Assembly (NCBI GenBank): GCA_965240325.2
Contig: OZ251230.1
Location: forward strand, 992,001-1,056,000
Source: Rebecca billardiae RCC1528
Taxonomy: Eukaryota > Protista > Haptophyta
Direction: 5' to 3'
Length of the DNA: 64,000 bases
Shown here: one piece after another, positions 12,255 to 23,932 of the stretch
Position numbering within the stretch: the first letter of the stretch is position 1
Layout of the letters: each line of letters starts with the position of its first letter
Translations under genes and position numbers: made by a program
The notes under the pieces: model-generated
Told to the model about the DNA's origin: nothing
The model's database searches: none
What the model saw: only the letters and a program-made list of their open reading frames with translations

Positions 12255-15200
12255 TCAGCCATCCGCCGGCGCGTAGCTGTGCGCGGTGAAGAAGCGATGC
12301 AGCCGCTCCGAGTTCTTCGGCCGCTTTCCGGGCGGCTCGAGCACGTCCTGCGCGAACAGCCTGCCCTTGGCGTCGAGCGCGTGCAGGAAATCGAGCGGCG
12401 TCTCCCACTGCCCCACCGTGAGCAAGTTTTCGACTGCGTGCGGCGTGATGTTTGGGATGTGGCACAGCATGCGCGCCCACGAGGCCGCGACCGTCTTTGG
12501 CGGGCGCGCGGCATCGCCGAGCTCGGCGTAGGTCACCACGCCGGGGGCGCTGAGCGCCTCGCGCACCGTGAGCTGCGCAAACTCGTCGTGCACGCGCCGC
12601 GTGAGCGTGCCGACGTACTGGTACGTCAGCTCCTTCGTGCTCGTGTGCGTCACCTGGAAGCCGCTCGCCACCTCGAGCTCGGACATCTTGGCGTGCAGCC
12701 TGTCGCGGTCGGCGCCGTTCTCGATCTCGCCCAGGTGGCCCTGCACGAGGTAGGTGACGTGGCGCACGCCGCAGCGCTGCATCATCGCGCACTGCTCGCG
12801 CATGCGCTTGCCGTTCTGCGCCGCAGGCCGGCGCGCGGCGGCGGCGCGCGCGCGGCGGGTCGCGCGTGCTCAGTGGGCGCGCGGCGCGACCCGCGGCGTG
12901 CGCGCACGGCGGCGCTCGCCGCGCGCGCGGCGCGGGGCGCTTGGCACCTTGAGAGTGGATAGAAAGTCGCCGACGATCTTGCGCTCGATCACGCGCCCCA
13001 GGACAATCCCGTCGTCCGCGTGCTTGCCCGGCGTCGCGCCCCGCCTCGGCCTCGCCACGAACGTGTAGTCGCCGCACGGCAGCTCCCACGCCTCGACCAC
13101 GCCCAGCGGCGCGCCCGCCGCACCGCGGATGGTCAGCCCGATGTCGTACACAATGCTCTTCATCGACTGGCTCGTGGACTTGCGCTCCTTCTCGTGCGAG
13201 TCGACCACCGTCACCAGCTCGTACTGCTCGAAGAAGGGCGCGGCCGCGGTGCCGCGCGCCTCGTGTGCAGCGAGTGCCTGCCGCACGCCCGCGCTCGCGC
13301 CGCCCGCCGCGCCGGTCGGCGGCGGCGGCAGCGGCGGCGGCGGCTGGAAGGGCGGGGGCTGAGACGCAGCAGCGGCCCGCGGCTGGCCGGCTGGCGCCGC
13401 CGGCGGCGGCGGCGCTGGCGGCGGCGCTGGCGGCGGCGCTGGCGGCTCACGGGGCGGGGCGCCCGAGCCCGCGCGCGCAGCGGCCGCCGCGCCCTCGCCG
13501 CGCGCGTGCGCGTGCGTCTCCGGCACGCGCATCGGCGCTGAGCTCGGGCTGAATCGGCTCCACTCGGCCGGCGGCGGCGGCGGCGCGGCGCTCGGCTGCT
13601 CGTCGGCAAAGCTCACGCGCGCGCTCACGCGGAAGAAGTACGCCACGCCCGGCTGCACGTGGCGCTTGTTCACCGTGGGCGTGCGGATCTCCGCGCTGCT
13701 CGCGCTCGTCCACTCGGGCTCGCCCTCCGCGCGCCACTGCAGCCGATACACAATCATGCCGGCCGCCGCGGCCGCGGCCAGGGCCCGCGAGCGCCCGTCG
13801 CCGGCCGGAGCGGCGGCGGTGGCGGCCTGCAGCAGCGAGGCCGCCTCGGCGGCGGGGTAGCCGATCTGCACGCGCAGCGAGGAGCCGTCGGGCGCGCACA
13901 GGAGCGTCGGCGCGGGCGGCGGCGGGAGCGCGCGCGCGCGAGGCGGCGGCGGCCCGTCCGGAGCGCCATGCAGATCGAGATCGAGATCGATAATCTCGCC
14001 GTCGCCGTCCGCGTTGCCGCCGCCGCCGGGCGGCGCGCGCGGCGGCGGCGGCGGCGGCGGCGCAGAGGGCGCGGGTGCGGGCGGCGCGCTCGCGCGCGGT
14101 GCGGCCGGCGCGGGCGGCGCCCCGCCCGCGCGCGCGAACCCCGCCGGGCGGGCAGCACCGCCCGTGCCCACCGCGGCATCGCGCTCGCGCGCGCTCGCGA
14201 GGTGCAGCTCCAGCGCCTCAGCCATGCGCGCGCCCAGCTCGGTGCCGGCGACGCCGCCCGCGCCCGCGCGCTCGGTGAGCGCATACTTGTGCTCCTTGCC
14301 GTGGCCGCGCACGCTCACCTTGCTCACCACGCCCTTCTCGAGCAGATTGCCAAGCGAGTGGATCCCGCCGTAGTGCGTCTGCCCGTGCATGTAGTTGGTG
14401 GACGACGCCGCCGCCGCCTCCATCGGCACGGCCGGGCAGAGGGTCTGCGCGCGCTCGAGCAGCTTGGAGCGGGACAGCCAGCCCGGGTGGCCGAGCTCGA
14501 TGGCCGAGGGCCACGCGTGCGCGCGGTACAGCGCGACGAGCATCGCCGTCACGGCGGAGACGTTGCCGTCGTTGTTGCACACCTTGGGCGAGTACACGCG
14601 CCCGCCGCCGCCAGAGCCGCTGCCGCCGCCGCCAAAGTCGGCGGCGCGCGCGCCGCGCGCGCCGCCGCGCGCGCCGCCGCGCGCGCCGCCGCGCGCGCCG
14701 CCGCGGCCTCGCCCGCGCCCGCGCCCGCCCGCGCCCGCGCCGCCGTACGCGCCGGCATACGGCGCGTTCGGCGGCGAGCTCGAGTCTGGCTGCTGCTGCT
14801 GCTGCTGGGAGGAGGCGCGCTGCGCGCCCGGAGGCGGCTGCGAGGGCGCCGCCCTCGGCGGCGGCTGCGGCGGCTGCTCCGGCCGGCCGCCCTCGTAGTC
14901 GTCCACGCGCGTGTACGTCTTGCCCGGCCCGAAGCGCTTCTGCACGTGCGCCTCGCACGCGCGCGTCGCGTCCGCCTCGGACGCGAACGCCTCGAACGCC
15001 TCCTTGAAGCCGGGCTTCCCGAGCCGCCCCCACTGCCGCCGCACCAGGAACGGCCGCGCGTCGGCCGCGAGCGACTCTGCCCACTCGACGCGCCACCAGT
15101 GCCGCTCGGTCTGCGGGTCCTCGTAACGGCCGAAGGCCCTGCGCCGGCCGACGCCGGCGCGGGCGGCGTCCCAGCGCACGACGTGCTCGATCTCCTCGCC

Positions 15201-15827
15201 GATCTTCGGGCCCACGCCGTGCACGCGCACGGCGTCCGCCGCGCTCATGATCTGCGTCGGGTGCGCCTCCACGCCCTTGGCCGCCGCCGCGTACGTGCGC
15301 GAGGAGCTGAGCGCGCCGTCGTCGCCCGAGCGCAGGTGGGCGGCCCACTCGCGGATGCGATCGGCAAGGTGCTGGTTCGGCTTGCGCGCGCGCGGAGGCG
15401 GCGGCGCCGGCGGCGCCGGCCGCGGCGGCTCTGCTGGCGGCGGCGGCGGCTCCGCGTCAGCCGCGCCCGCGCCCTGCTGGATGGTGTCGTCCGCGCTCTT
15501 CAGCCGGATGAAGGCGGCGTGGGCGCTGGGGTGGTCGTTCTTGTCCGGGTGGACCAGCGCGGACAGCTTCTTGAACGACGCGCGCGCCACGCCCGGCCCA
15601 TCGCCCGGCAGCAGCTTGAGGATCGCGCGCGGGCCGGCTGACTCGGCCATGATGCGCTGCACCTCCCTCGTGCCCGCGAGTCGCCGCTCGAGCTTCGGCC
15701 GCAGCGAGAGGGCCTCGGCGTTGGCGGGGTCAATGCGCAGCACTTGGCGCACCAGCTGGATCGCCGACGACGAGCTCGCCTTGCGCGCCTGCGCGAGCAG
15801 CGCGGCCACGCTCGGCTCGGACGACAT
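12255..15827 (-). CDS. MUS81: MUS81-like ERCC4 structure-specific endonuclease with added J-domain, WGR and FN3 domains; intron 12947-12816
   Basis: HhH (YAAAAKGVEAHP..VHGVGPKIG), winged helix (MLVALY..LSRSKLLERAQ..LGNLLEKGVV), ERCC4 (VVDSHE..LPCGDYTFV..VIERK..D) spliced in frame to NGKRMREQ..CGVRHVTYLVQG, C-terminal HhH (MLCHIPNIT); ATG at 15827. Confidence 0.88.
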
Positions 15828-15987
15828 CGCCACGGCGGGCGCTCGCGGGGGGCGGCCGTTGGCCCACCTGTTCAACAAGACCGGTGGGCTGATTCTGTGA
15901 TTCACCTTTTGAAGCCGCCATCGTTGTCCGGTGCCCTTGTCCAACCGGCAACGTGGAGCGACGAAAGCTGCCACGGTGACCCCGGCC

Positions 15988-17283
15988 ATGACTGCCGCGA
16001 TGCCGCTGGAGGAGCTCAACTCGGAGCTGCTGCTGTGCGCGAGGTACGGCGAGGACGACGACCTGCGCGCGACGCTGCAGGCAGGCGCGCAGGTCAACCA
16101 CGCCGACGGCGCTGGCTCGACCGCGCTGCACATGGCGTGTGCGAACGGGCACCGCGCGGCGGTCGAGATCCTGCTCGACGCTGGCGCCGACTTTGTCGCC
16201 AACCAGAGCGGGAACACGCCGCTGCACTGGGCGGTGCAGAACGAGCACGAGAGCGTCGTCGCGCTGCTTCTCGAGCGCTGCAACTCCGCCCTCGTCCTCG
16301 CGCGCAACAGCTTCGGCAAGTCCGCGCTCACCGAGGCGTTTGGTCGCGGCTCGGCCGCGATGCTCAACCGGCTGCTCGAGCATCGCTCGGCGGCGTCGCT
16401 CGACGAGGAAGGGGCGCCGGCGGCGAGCGAGCTGCCTGGCGAGGTCGACCTCCCCTCGCGCCTCTCCGCCGAGGTGGTGCACGCCTTCGCGCTCCGCGCC
16501 GCAGCGGGCGAGCGCGCGCACACGGTGCGCGTGCGCGAGCTCGGCTCCGTGTCGGCGCGCGAGCAGCCCGTCTTCACCTCCGAGGCGCGGGAGGACCAGA
16601 CGGGCACGCAGGTGTGGGGCTCGGCGCTGGTCCTGGCGCGCTGGGTCGCCGAGCACCGCGACCGGCTCGACGGGCGCGTGGTGTGCGAGCTCGGCGCGGG
16701 CTGCGGACTGGCCGGGCTCGCCGCGGCCGCGTGCACGAGCGCACGCGCCGTGCTGCTCACGGACCTCGCGCCGGACACGCTGGCGAACCTCGAGCACAAC
16801 GTGGGTCTGAACGACGCCGGGCTCGCGTCGCGCGTGCGCGTGCGCGCCGTCGACTGGCGCGAGCCCTCCAGCTGGCCCTCCGACGTCGAGGTGGCGCTCG
16901 GCGCCGACCTCGTGTACCGCGCAGAGATGGTGCCGCCGCTGCTCGGCGCGCTCTGGGGGCTGCTGCCCGTGGGCGGCTGCTTCGTGTACGCCGCGCCGAG
17001 CACGGGGCGCGCGGGCGCGACGAGCTTGGCGCGGTGCTTGCTCGCCGCCGGCTTCCGCGTCGAGCAGCACGCCGTGCCCGAGCGCTACTTGGCCAACTGC
17101 CTCGAGCGCGAAGACGACGAAACGTTCGAGGCCTTCTTTGGAGAGTTGCGCGTCCTCACGCACACGCTGTGGGTGTGCACCAAGCAGTCGCCGGCCGCGT
17201 CGCGCTGGGCGTACCTGCCGAGCTGGGCGCGGGCGACGGGGGACGGCGGGCTGCCGCAGCCTGCCGATGATGCTGCTGCGTAG
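15988..17283 (+). CDS. Ankyrin-repeat (Yar1-like) + Methyltransf_16 (METTL21/EFM-type) methyltransferase fusion
   Basis: STALHMACANGH, GNTPLHWAVQN; TGTQVWGSALVLARW, VCELGAGCGLAG, LLTD, LGADLVY. Confidence 0.88.
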   Translation: MTAAMPLEELNSELLLCARYGEDDDLRATLQAGAQVNHADGAGSTALHMACANGHRAAVEILLDAGADFVANQSGNTPLHWAVQNEHESVVALLLERCNSALVLARNSFGKSALTEAFGRGSAAMLNRLLEHRSAASLDEEGAPAASELPGEVDLPSRLSAEVVHAFALRAAAGERAHTVRVRELGSVSAREQPVFTSEAREDQTGTQVWGSALVLARWVAEHRDRLDGRVVCELGAGCGLAGLAAAACTSARAVLLTDLAPDTLANLEHNVGLNDAGLASRVRVRAVDWREPSSWPSDVEVALGADLVYRAEMVPPLLGALWGLLPVGGCFVYAAPSTGRAGATSLARCLLAAGFRVEQHAVPERYLANCLEREDDETFEAFFGELRVLTHTLWVCTKQSPAASRWAYLPSWARATGDGGLPQPADDAAA

Positions 17284-17564
17284 CCTGCGGGCGGTGGCCG
17301 CCCGGCCAGTGACCCGCACGGGCCGGATTCTGCCGCCATCGATCTGTCTCATCATCGTCTGAGAAAGCTCATATCCGCGCCATCAATGGCAATAATTAAA
17401 GCTAGCCGTCATCACTGATACTTGTTGAGCGCCGCGCCGCCATAGGTGAGCAGATGTCGTCTGCGACGGAGCCGCGCGCGCAGAGCGCCGCGCGCGCGCA
17501 GAGCTGCGCATCATCATCATAATTCATATATCATCATCATCATGCACTAGCTGCGCTTCATTCA

Positions 17565-19709
17565 TCACGACCTGCTGACGAAGAGCGGGATGACGAAGCT
17601 GAGTATGGACGGGATCGAGATGAGCGCGGTCGCGGTCGCGCCGAGCAGCGTCGCGCGGTACCTCAGCAGCCGGTTGATCTTGAGCTCCTCGTGCTCGAGG
17701 CTGCGCGTGAGCGCGTAGTAGCGCTCGCGGAAGCGGTCGCCCACGTGCAGCTTGAGCCGGCGGATCAGCTCGTGCGGCGGCTTGCACGCGACGCCCTCGG
17801 AGCGCAGGGGCACGAGCTGCCTCGCCAGGCCCATCGTGAAGCGCACCTCCTCGTCGTCGAGCAGCCCCGCGAGCAGCGTGATCGCGCCCTTGCACCGCAT
17901 CTGCCCCAGCCGCTGGAAGAGGGAGTCCCACGCGGCAAAGCCCTCCTGCCAGCCCTCGAGGGAGAAGGGCGCGGCGCGCAGCACCTCGAGCTCGCGCCTG
18001 AGCGCCTCGAGCTCCTTGAGGTCCTGCCGCGCGCGGTGGCCGTCGAGCTGGATGGTCGCGTTGAGCACGCCGAGCGACACGCGGCACGGCGCGCACGCCC
18101 CGCCGCCCGACGCGCCGATCGAGCGCGAGAGCGTGTCGTACTGGTCGGCGGGCAGCCGGCGGACGGCGAGCCTGAGGGTGGAGGACGCGTCCGCCGCGCG
18201 GTTCTTCACCGCCTTGAGGAGCTTCTCGGCGTCGAGCTGCGGCGCGCCGGCGCCGGGGGCGAGGGCGGCGGCCGCGGCAGACGCGCGCCGGCTGTGCTCC
18301 GCGCGCCTCTGGGCGGCCGCCTCCGCAGCGGTCCGTGCGGGCGGCGCGGCCGTCGGCTCGGCCTCCGCCCGGGCCGGCCGCTGCTCGACGGCCGCGGGCG
18401 CGACAGCCCCCGTTGCAGCCGGCGCCGTTGCGTCGGCCGTTGCGTCGGCCGGTGCGTCGGCCGCGGGCGATGACGGCGCGAGGCCTGGCAGCCGGGCCTC
18501 GGGATCCAGCGGCGCCGTGCCCGCCAGCCACTCCTCGGGCAGGCACAGCTCGAGCGCGCCCGTCCCCGTCCACGGCTTGGCGCGAGGCTCCACCTCCGGC
18601 CGCGTGAGCAGCGCGCACAGCCGGCGGTGCGCGCGCAGGTGCGCACTCAACGCTGGGTTGAGCACCGCGCGGACGTACGACCGGAGCAGCGCGCTCTGGA
18701 TGCGCCCGTGCGCGTGCTCGAGGCCGTCGGCGCGGAGCGTGGCCACCGCCTTGCGCAGCCTACGTATGGCGTGCGCCACCGCCGTGTCCACGCACCGCTC
18801 CGCCTGCCGCCTGAGCGCGCTGCCAATGGGCGCGCTCCGCGCGACCAGCGCCGCGCCCTCCTCACCCGCCGCGCTCGCCGCCACGCCGGCTGCCTCGCTC
18901 AGCGCCTGCCCCAGCAGCTGATGAGCGGCCCGCCTCAGCGCCGTCTCCAGCGCGCCGCTCTGCTCGGCGAGCAGCGCGTCGAGCGCGCGCGCCGGGGCCG
19001 CGCACAGCGCGCTCGCCGCGCGGTCAAAGTCGGCGCCGCTCAGCCGCGCCAGGTGGACATGAAGGCGGCACAGCTGCTCGCGCGCGTCCGCGATCGCGGC
19101 CACGCCGAGTGCGGCGGCGCGCTCGATCGACTCGGCGGCGGCGGCGGCGGTGTGCTCGGCGCCCGCTGGCGCGTTGCGCGAAGCCTCGTGCGCGCGCGCC
19201 GCGTCCGGCTGCGCGCGCTTCGCCCACCCCTTGGCGGGCTTTGGGCGCGCCGCCGCCGCGCTCCGCTGCCCAAGCAGACGCTCCAGCTCGCGCGCGGCCG
19301 CGTCAAACCGCTGCGTGCCCGTGCTCAGCCAGCCAAGCGGCTGGAGCGGCGGTGGCAGGACCACGCTCACCGCGGCGGATGCGCTCGCCGCGCCACCGCC
19401 AGCCGCGCCCGGACGTGCCTCGTCGCCCAGCTGTGCCTCGACCGCGTCGGCCACGCGCTCCATGCCGTCGCGCGCCTCGGCCAGCGCGCCGTTCAGAGAC
19501 GCGAGGGCGCTCTGCAGGTCGACGCGCGCGAACGCCGCGCCCATCGCGCCGGCCTCCTCCGCGCCGGGGGCGAACGCGCCGAGCTGCAGGGACTCCGGGT
19601 CCACGCTGAAGCTCAGACCGAGCGGCTGCGCCACGCGCCGCGCGGCGACGAGCACGTCCACGTCCTCGATGGCTTGGAGCGCGAGCTCGACCACGCCGCC
19701 CCCGTCCGT

Positions 19710-19740
<31 letters not shown>

Positions 19741-21638
19741 TCGTCGTCGTCGTCGAGCTGCTCCACCACTTGGGCGAGCACGCCCGACGCGCAGCGCAGC
19801 GCCACGCCGAGCCTGGACGGCGCGCGGTGCCGCACGCCCACGTTGGCATCGGGGTACGCGTCCGCCCCGCTCAGCCCGGACAGGTCGCAGCCGTCCATGC
19901 GCGCGCCCTCAAAGGTTGCGCCCGAGATGTCGGCGCCGCGCAGGTTGGTGTTCTCGAGCACAGCGTCGGTGCAGTCCGCGTCGGTCAGGTCCGCGGCGTG
20001 CGCGTTCGCGCCGCTCAGGTTGGCCGCGGTGCAGTCCGCGCGCGTGAAGTCCGCGGCGTGCGCGTACGCGCGGCTCAGGTCGACGCCGGTGCAGTCCGCC
20101 TCGCTCAGGTCCGCCTCATCCAGCGCCGCCTCCGTCAGCTCCGCCCCGCGCAGCCGGGCGCCGCTCAGATCGGCGCGCGTGAGCACGCACTCGTCGAGGG
20201 CCGCGTGGGTGAGGTCCGCCCCGAGCAGCTGCGCGCCTACGAGCTCCGAGCGGCGCAGCGCGGCCCTGATGAGCAGCGCGCCGTCCAGCCACGCGTGGCT
20301 CAGCAGCGCACCCTCCGCCGACGCCTCGACCAGGCTCGCCTCGCGCGCACTCGCGCCGCGCAGGTCGGCGCGGTCAAAGCACACGCGGTCCAGCTGCGCG
20401 CCCTCGAGCTCGGCGTGGACGAGGCAGGCGCGCTCGAAGCGAGCGCCGTCTGCGAGCGCATGCTCGAGGCACGCGCCGTACGCGTGCACGCCGCGCAGGC
20501 TGGCGCCCTCCAGAAGCGCGCCCGCGAGGTGTGCGCGGCGCAGAGAGGCGCCGTCGAGCGTGGCGCCGCTCAGCACCGCGCGGCCGAGCTGCGCGCGCGC
20601 GAGGCATGCGCGGTCGAGCAGGCAGCCGGACAGATCGGCCATCTCGAGCTGCGCGCCGCGCAGGTCGAAGCCCATCAGGCACGCGCCGCGCAGCACGGCC
20701 ACCTTGCCGTCGCATTCGCCGTCGCTGTCAAAGCTCAGGTGCGACTGGCAGCCGTCATCGGCCGAGGCCGACGAGTCGTCCCCTCGGCGCGCGCCGTCGC
20801 CGTCCGCATCGGCCGCGCCAACTGGGCGCACGACGTCGACCACCTGCTCGGGCGCATCGCCATCCGCGGCCGGGGCCCCGCCACCGCCGCCGCCGCCCGC
20901 GACGCGCAGCGCCGCCGCACTCGCCGCCGCCTCCTCCGCAGACGGCGCGCGCCACGCGACCGAGTACAGCCGCACACGGCACGAGATGAACCGCACCACC
21001 GGCCGCCACTTCTCCGCGGCGCGGCCGGGGCCGAATCGGTCCGCGTCGGCGCTGGCGTCGCTGGCGAGGTCGTCCAGGTCGTCTTCGGCCGGGTCGCTGG
21101 AAGTGTCCTCGACGTCGGCGTGCGTGGGCTGGACACGCGAGATGGACGCGACGTTTCGCGACTGCCAGACGGTCGGCCAGCGGCGCGCGAGCTCTGCGCG
21201 CGTGCAGCCGCTCAAATCTGCGAGGCCAGCGTAATCTATCCACGCCTCGTCGAGCTCGCTGTCCTCGCCGTCGTCAGCATCGGCATCGGCGCGGCCACCA
21301 GGAGGCCGCTCCCCCGAGTTCTCCCCCTTGTCGGACTCGTCATCCTCGGCGTCATCGGATCCGCCGTCGGCGCTGCCACCAGCGGACTGCTCCGCCGAGT
21401 CCCCCGGCACGGCCCCATCCGTGTCAATCTCGTCGGCAGCGGCGTCGTCGCGCGCCGATGACCGCCCCGCGCCCTCGTCGGCGTGATGGGCATCTGCGTG
21501 CGCAGCGGCAGCATGGCTCGTCTGTGTGATGTCCGCATCGCCCTCCTCCACGTGCCCTCCAGCGGGCGTAGCGGCTGGGGCCATCGTCGAAGCGCCGTCA
21601 TCATCCAATGCGAGAGCGATGGCCGAGGGGTCGGCCAT
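17565..21638 (-). CDS. Large pentapeptide-repeat protein with C-terminal transmembrane anchor
   Basis: Long A(D/N)LxG-type repeat tract (about 19880-20690); acidic N-terminus; hydrophobic C-terminus; start ATG at 21638 or 21758. Confidence 0.85.
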
Positions 21639-21792
21639 TGCACGCGGGTTGGATGTGCGCGGCACTGGTGTCGTTGGCTGCCCAAGACGCCCGCGCCGTG
21701 TGGCTGCGACGCGCTGCGGCGAGTTTGCATCCCCGCCCGCGGCGGGGCCGGTCGGCATCGTGCGCTCTTACAATTGTAAGACGTTACGTCGT

Positions 21793-21840
21793 TACAGTTT
21801 ACTATGATTTTTAAACGTGCACACTTGGCGGTTAAGGCGT
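21793..21840. repeat. Dispersed short repeat, family 2 (TACAGTTTACTATGTTTTAACGTGCACACTTGGTTAAGGCGT)
   Basis: Matches 23865-23906 apart from small insertions. Confidence 0.8.
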
Positions 21841-22148
21841 GATTGACTAGGCTGTCCGACTCTACACTGCTGAGCGGAGGGGGGCGGACAGGCTAGTTAT
21901 TGACGCCATCCAACACTGCACAAAGACACCGCCACAAAACAGACCGGCGCAGGCAGGTGAGGGGCGCGTTGCCGCATTCGACCGCGTCACTCATTTATGA
22001 GTACAGTACTGATACTTATACTGAGTGACGACCATTACACAGCAGTGTCCGTAACTAGTCTTCACGTCCGAGTCAGGATTCCTTCGTCGGCCGGAGGCAG
22101 AGCTGACCGTTGGTCACGCAGCCTACTAGTACTACTCTGGCCCAATGG

Positions 22149-23630
22149 TCAGGCAGTCATGAGCGCAGCTGAGCGCTGACTGACGTAGGGTAACGCCGGC
22201 CAATCGCAGCCCACGAGAGGCGGTGGCGTCACGACGAACGGCGGGACCGCGTGCCACGAGTCCGCGCCGTCCTCGCGCCACTGCTCGCCAATCTCGGACG
22301 CGACGTCGCTGCTGTACGAGCCCTCGACCGCCTGCAGGAAGGCCTCTCTGTGGACGTCTGCCTCCGCCTCACGGTCGCCCTCCTCGCGCGTCGTGCCCGT
22401 GGGTGACGGCGCCGTCAGCATCTGGTTGAGCGCCCAGCGGAAGTCGCCGTGCGTCTCGTGGTCCAGATAGCGGAAAAGGGCGCCAGGGCTGTTGAGCTCG
22501 TCAAAGGTGCGCTGGAAGGCGCCCACCTCCTTGAGGGAGAGCATGCCAAACACGCGCGCGATGGTGTTCTTGTCGGTGCCCAGCCCGTCGCACGCCGCCT
22601 TCACCCGGCTGGCGAGCAGCTCCAGCCGCGGCGTGAGCCGCGCGAGCACGCCAAACTCCAAGTCGCCCGCCAGCTTCTTGGCCACGTCCTCGCGCAGGCT
22701 GTGCTTCGTCTCAGGGAGGCCGGCGTACGCGGCCTCGATGGCCGCGCAGCGCGCCGGCGAGGCCTTGGCCAGCACCTCGATGAAGACCTCCTCGTCGCAC
22801 CCCATCCACTTGGCCGCGCCCGCCTCGTACAGCCGCCGCGCCTCGTCGGCCGCGCCCACGCCCATCCTGTCCTCGTGCGTGTCCGCGCGCCGGTCAAACT
22901 CGAGCAGCTCGCGCACCCACGCGCCGTAGTGCCTGGAGAAGAGCCCGCTGGTCTCCTTGGTCACGCGCTCGACCATGTCCTCGCCCTTGTGCATCCGCGC
23001 GTACACCGCGGCCGCGCCCCGCAGCTCCTCGTTCGAGCAGCTCGAGAGCAGCTCGAGCAGCACCTTGTCGTCCGCGCCCAGCCCCTTCACCGCGCGGTGC
23101 ACGAGGTACGCGACCTGCTCCTCCTTTGGGCGCAGCCGGAGGGTGAGGAGCTTGCCGAAGGCGGTCATCTCGCCCGTCAGTTTGCCGAGGAGCGTGCGGT
23201 TCTCCGACGAGACGCGCTCCGCCATGCTCTTGCCAAAGGTGCGCAGGAAGTCCGCCTGCGCGCGCCGCAGCTGGTCGCGCGTGCGGCGCATGATGATGTG
23301 CGCCATCGCCTTCTCGTCGGTGCCCCAGCCCGCGCTCGCCGCCTCCACGCCGAGCGCGTCTCGGTGCGCGAGGTACGAGAGCAGCGCGGAGTGCTCGTCC
23401 TCCGTCGCCTGCAGCTCCCTGCCCAGGAAGCGCTTGCGCAGCTCGAGCGATCGCGCCGTAAAGTTGAGGTACGCAGACTCGCAGCGCCGCTTCTCGAGCT
23501 CAGCCTTGAGCGCGGCCTCGTGCTCCTCCTTCTCGCGAATCTGCTGCTGCAGCGCGCGCAGCTCCTCGCGCAGCGCCGCGTTCGGGTCCTCTGGCTCCGG
23601 TGGCGCCTGCGTCGACGCGCCGCAGCCCAT
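22149..23630 (-). CDS. Annexin with MGCGAS acylation motif and N-terminal coiled coil
   Basis: Four annexin repeats: GWGTDEKAM, KGLGADDKVL, WMGCDEEVF, GLGTDKNTI..ETHGDF. Confidence 0.92.
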   Translation of the reverse strand: MGCGASTQAPPEPEDPNAALREELRALQQQIREKEEHEAALKAELEKRRCESAYLNFTARSLELRKRFLGRELQATEDEHSALLSYLAHRDALGVEAASAGWGTDEKAMAHIIMRRTRDQLRRAQADFLRTFGKSMAERVSSENRTLLGKLTGEMTAFGKLLTLRLRPKEEQVAYLVHRAVKGLGADDKVLLELLSSCSNEELRGAAAVYARMHKGEDMVERVTKETSGLFSRHYGAWVRELLEFDRRADTHEDRMGVGAADEARRLYEAGAAKWMGCDEEVFIEVLAKASPARCAAIEAAYAGLPETKHSLREDVAKKLAGDLEFGVLARLTPRLELLASRVKAACDGLGTDKNTIARVFGMLSLKEVGAFQRTFDELNSPGALFRYLDHETHGDFRWALNQMLTAPSPTGTTREEGDREAEADVHREAFLQAVEGSYSSDVASEIGEQWREDGADSWHAVPPFVVTPPPLVGCDWPALPYVSQRSAALMTA

Positions 23631-23864
23631 GATGGACACGCCTGCCTGCGACGGCGCAGGACGGACGGCACCTCGGCGGGGAGTTTAACCTGAGCGCGGG
23701 GCGGCCGCTTGCTGCAATGGCCGCCTCGCGTTGAGGTGCGGGCGCGGCAAAACAATCATACGCGGTGTAAACTGTATGAAACCGCGTGGGTACCGGTAAC
23801 GTCCGGCGACAACGTTTGGCCATCGAGGCGGCAGCAAGCGGCGCCCCGCGCTCACGTATACACG

Positions 23865-23906
23865 TACAGTTTACTATGTTTTAACGTGCACACTTGGTTA
23901 AGGCGT
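23865..23906. repeat. Dispersed short repeat, family 2
   Basis: Matches 21793-21840. Confidence 0.8.
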
Positions 23907-23932
23907 ACGTGTAACAGACACAGGCCAGGACC

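Noticed and set aside
12870-17003. 1377-aa ORF as one protein
   Set aside because: The first roughly 390 aa are the antisense shadow of the ankyrin-methyltransferase gene and the end runs into an intron
18627-21461. Long plus-strand ORFs opposite real genes (also 34136-38044, 13659-15641, 28439-29758 and similar)
   Set aside because: Stop-poor shadow frames caused by high GC; no domain motifs
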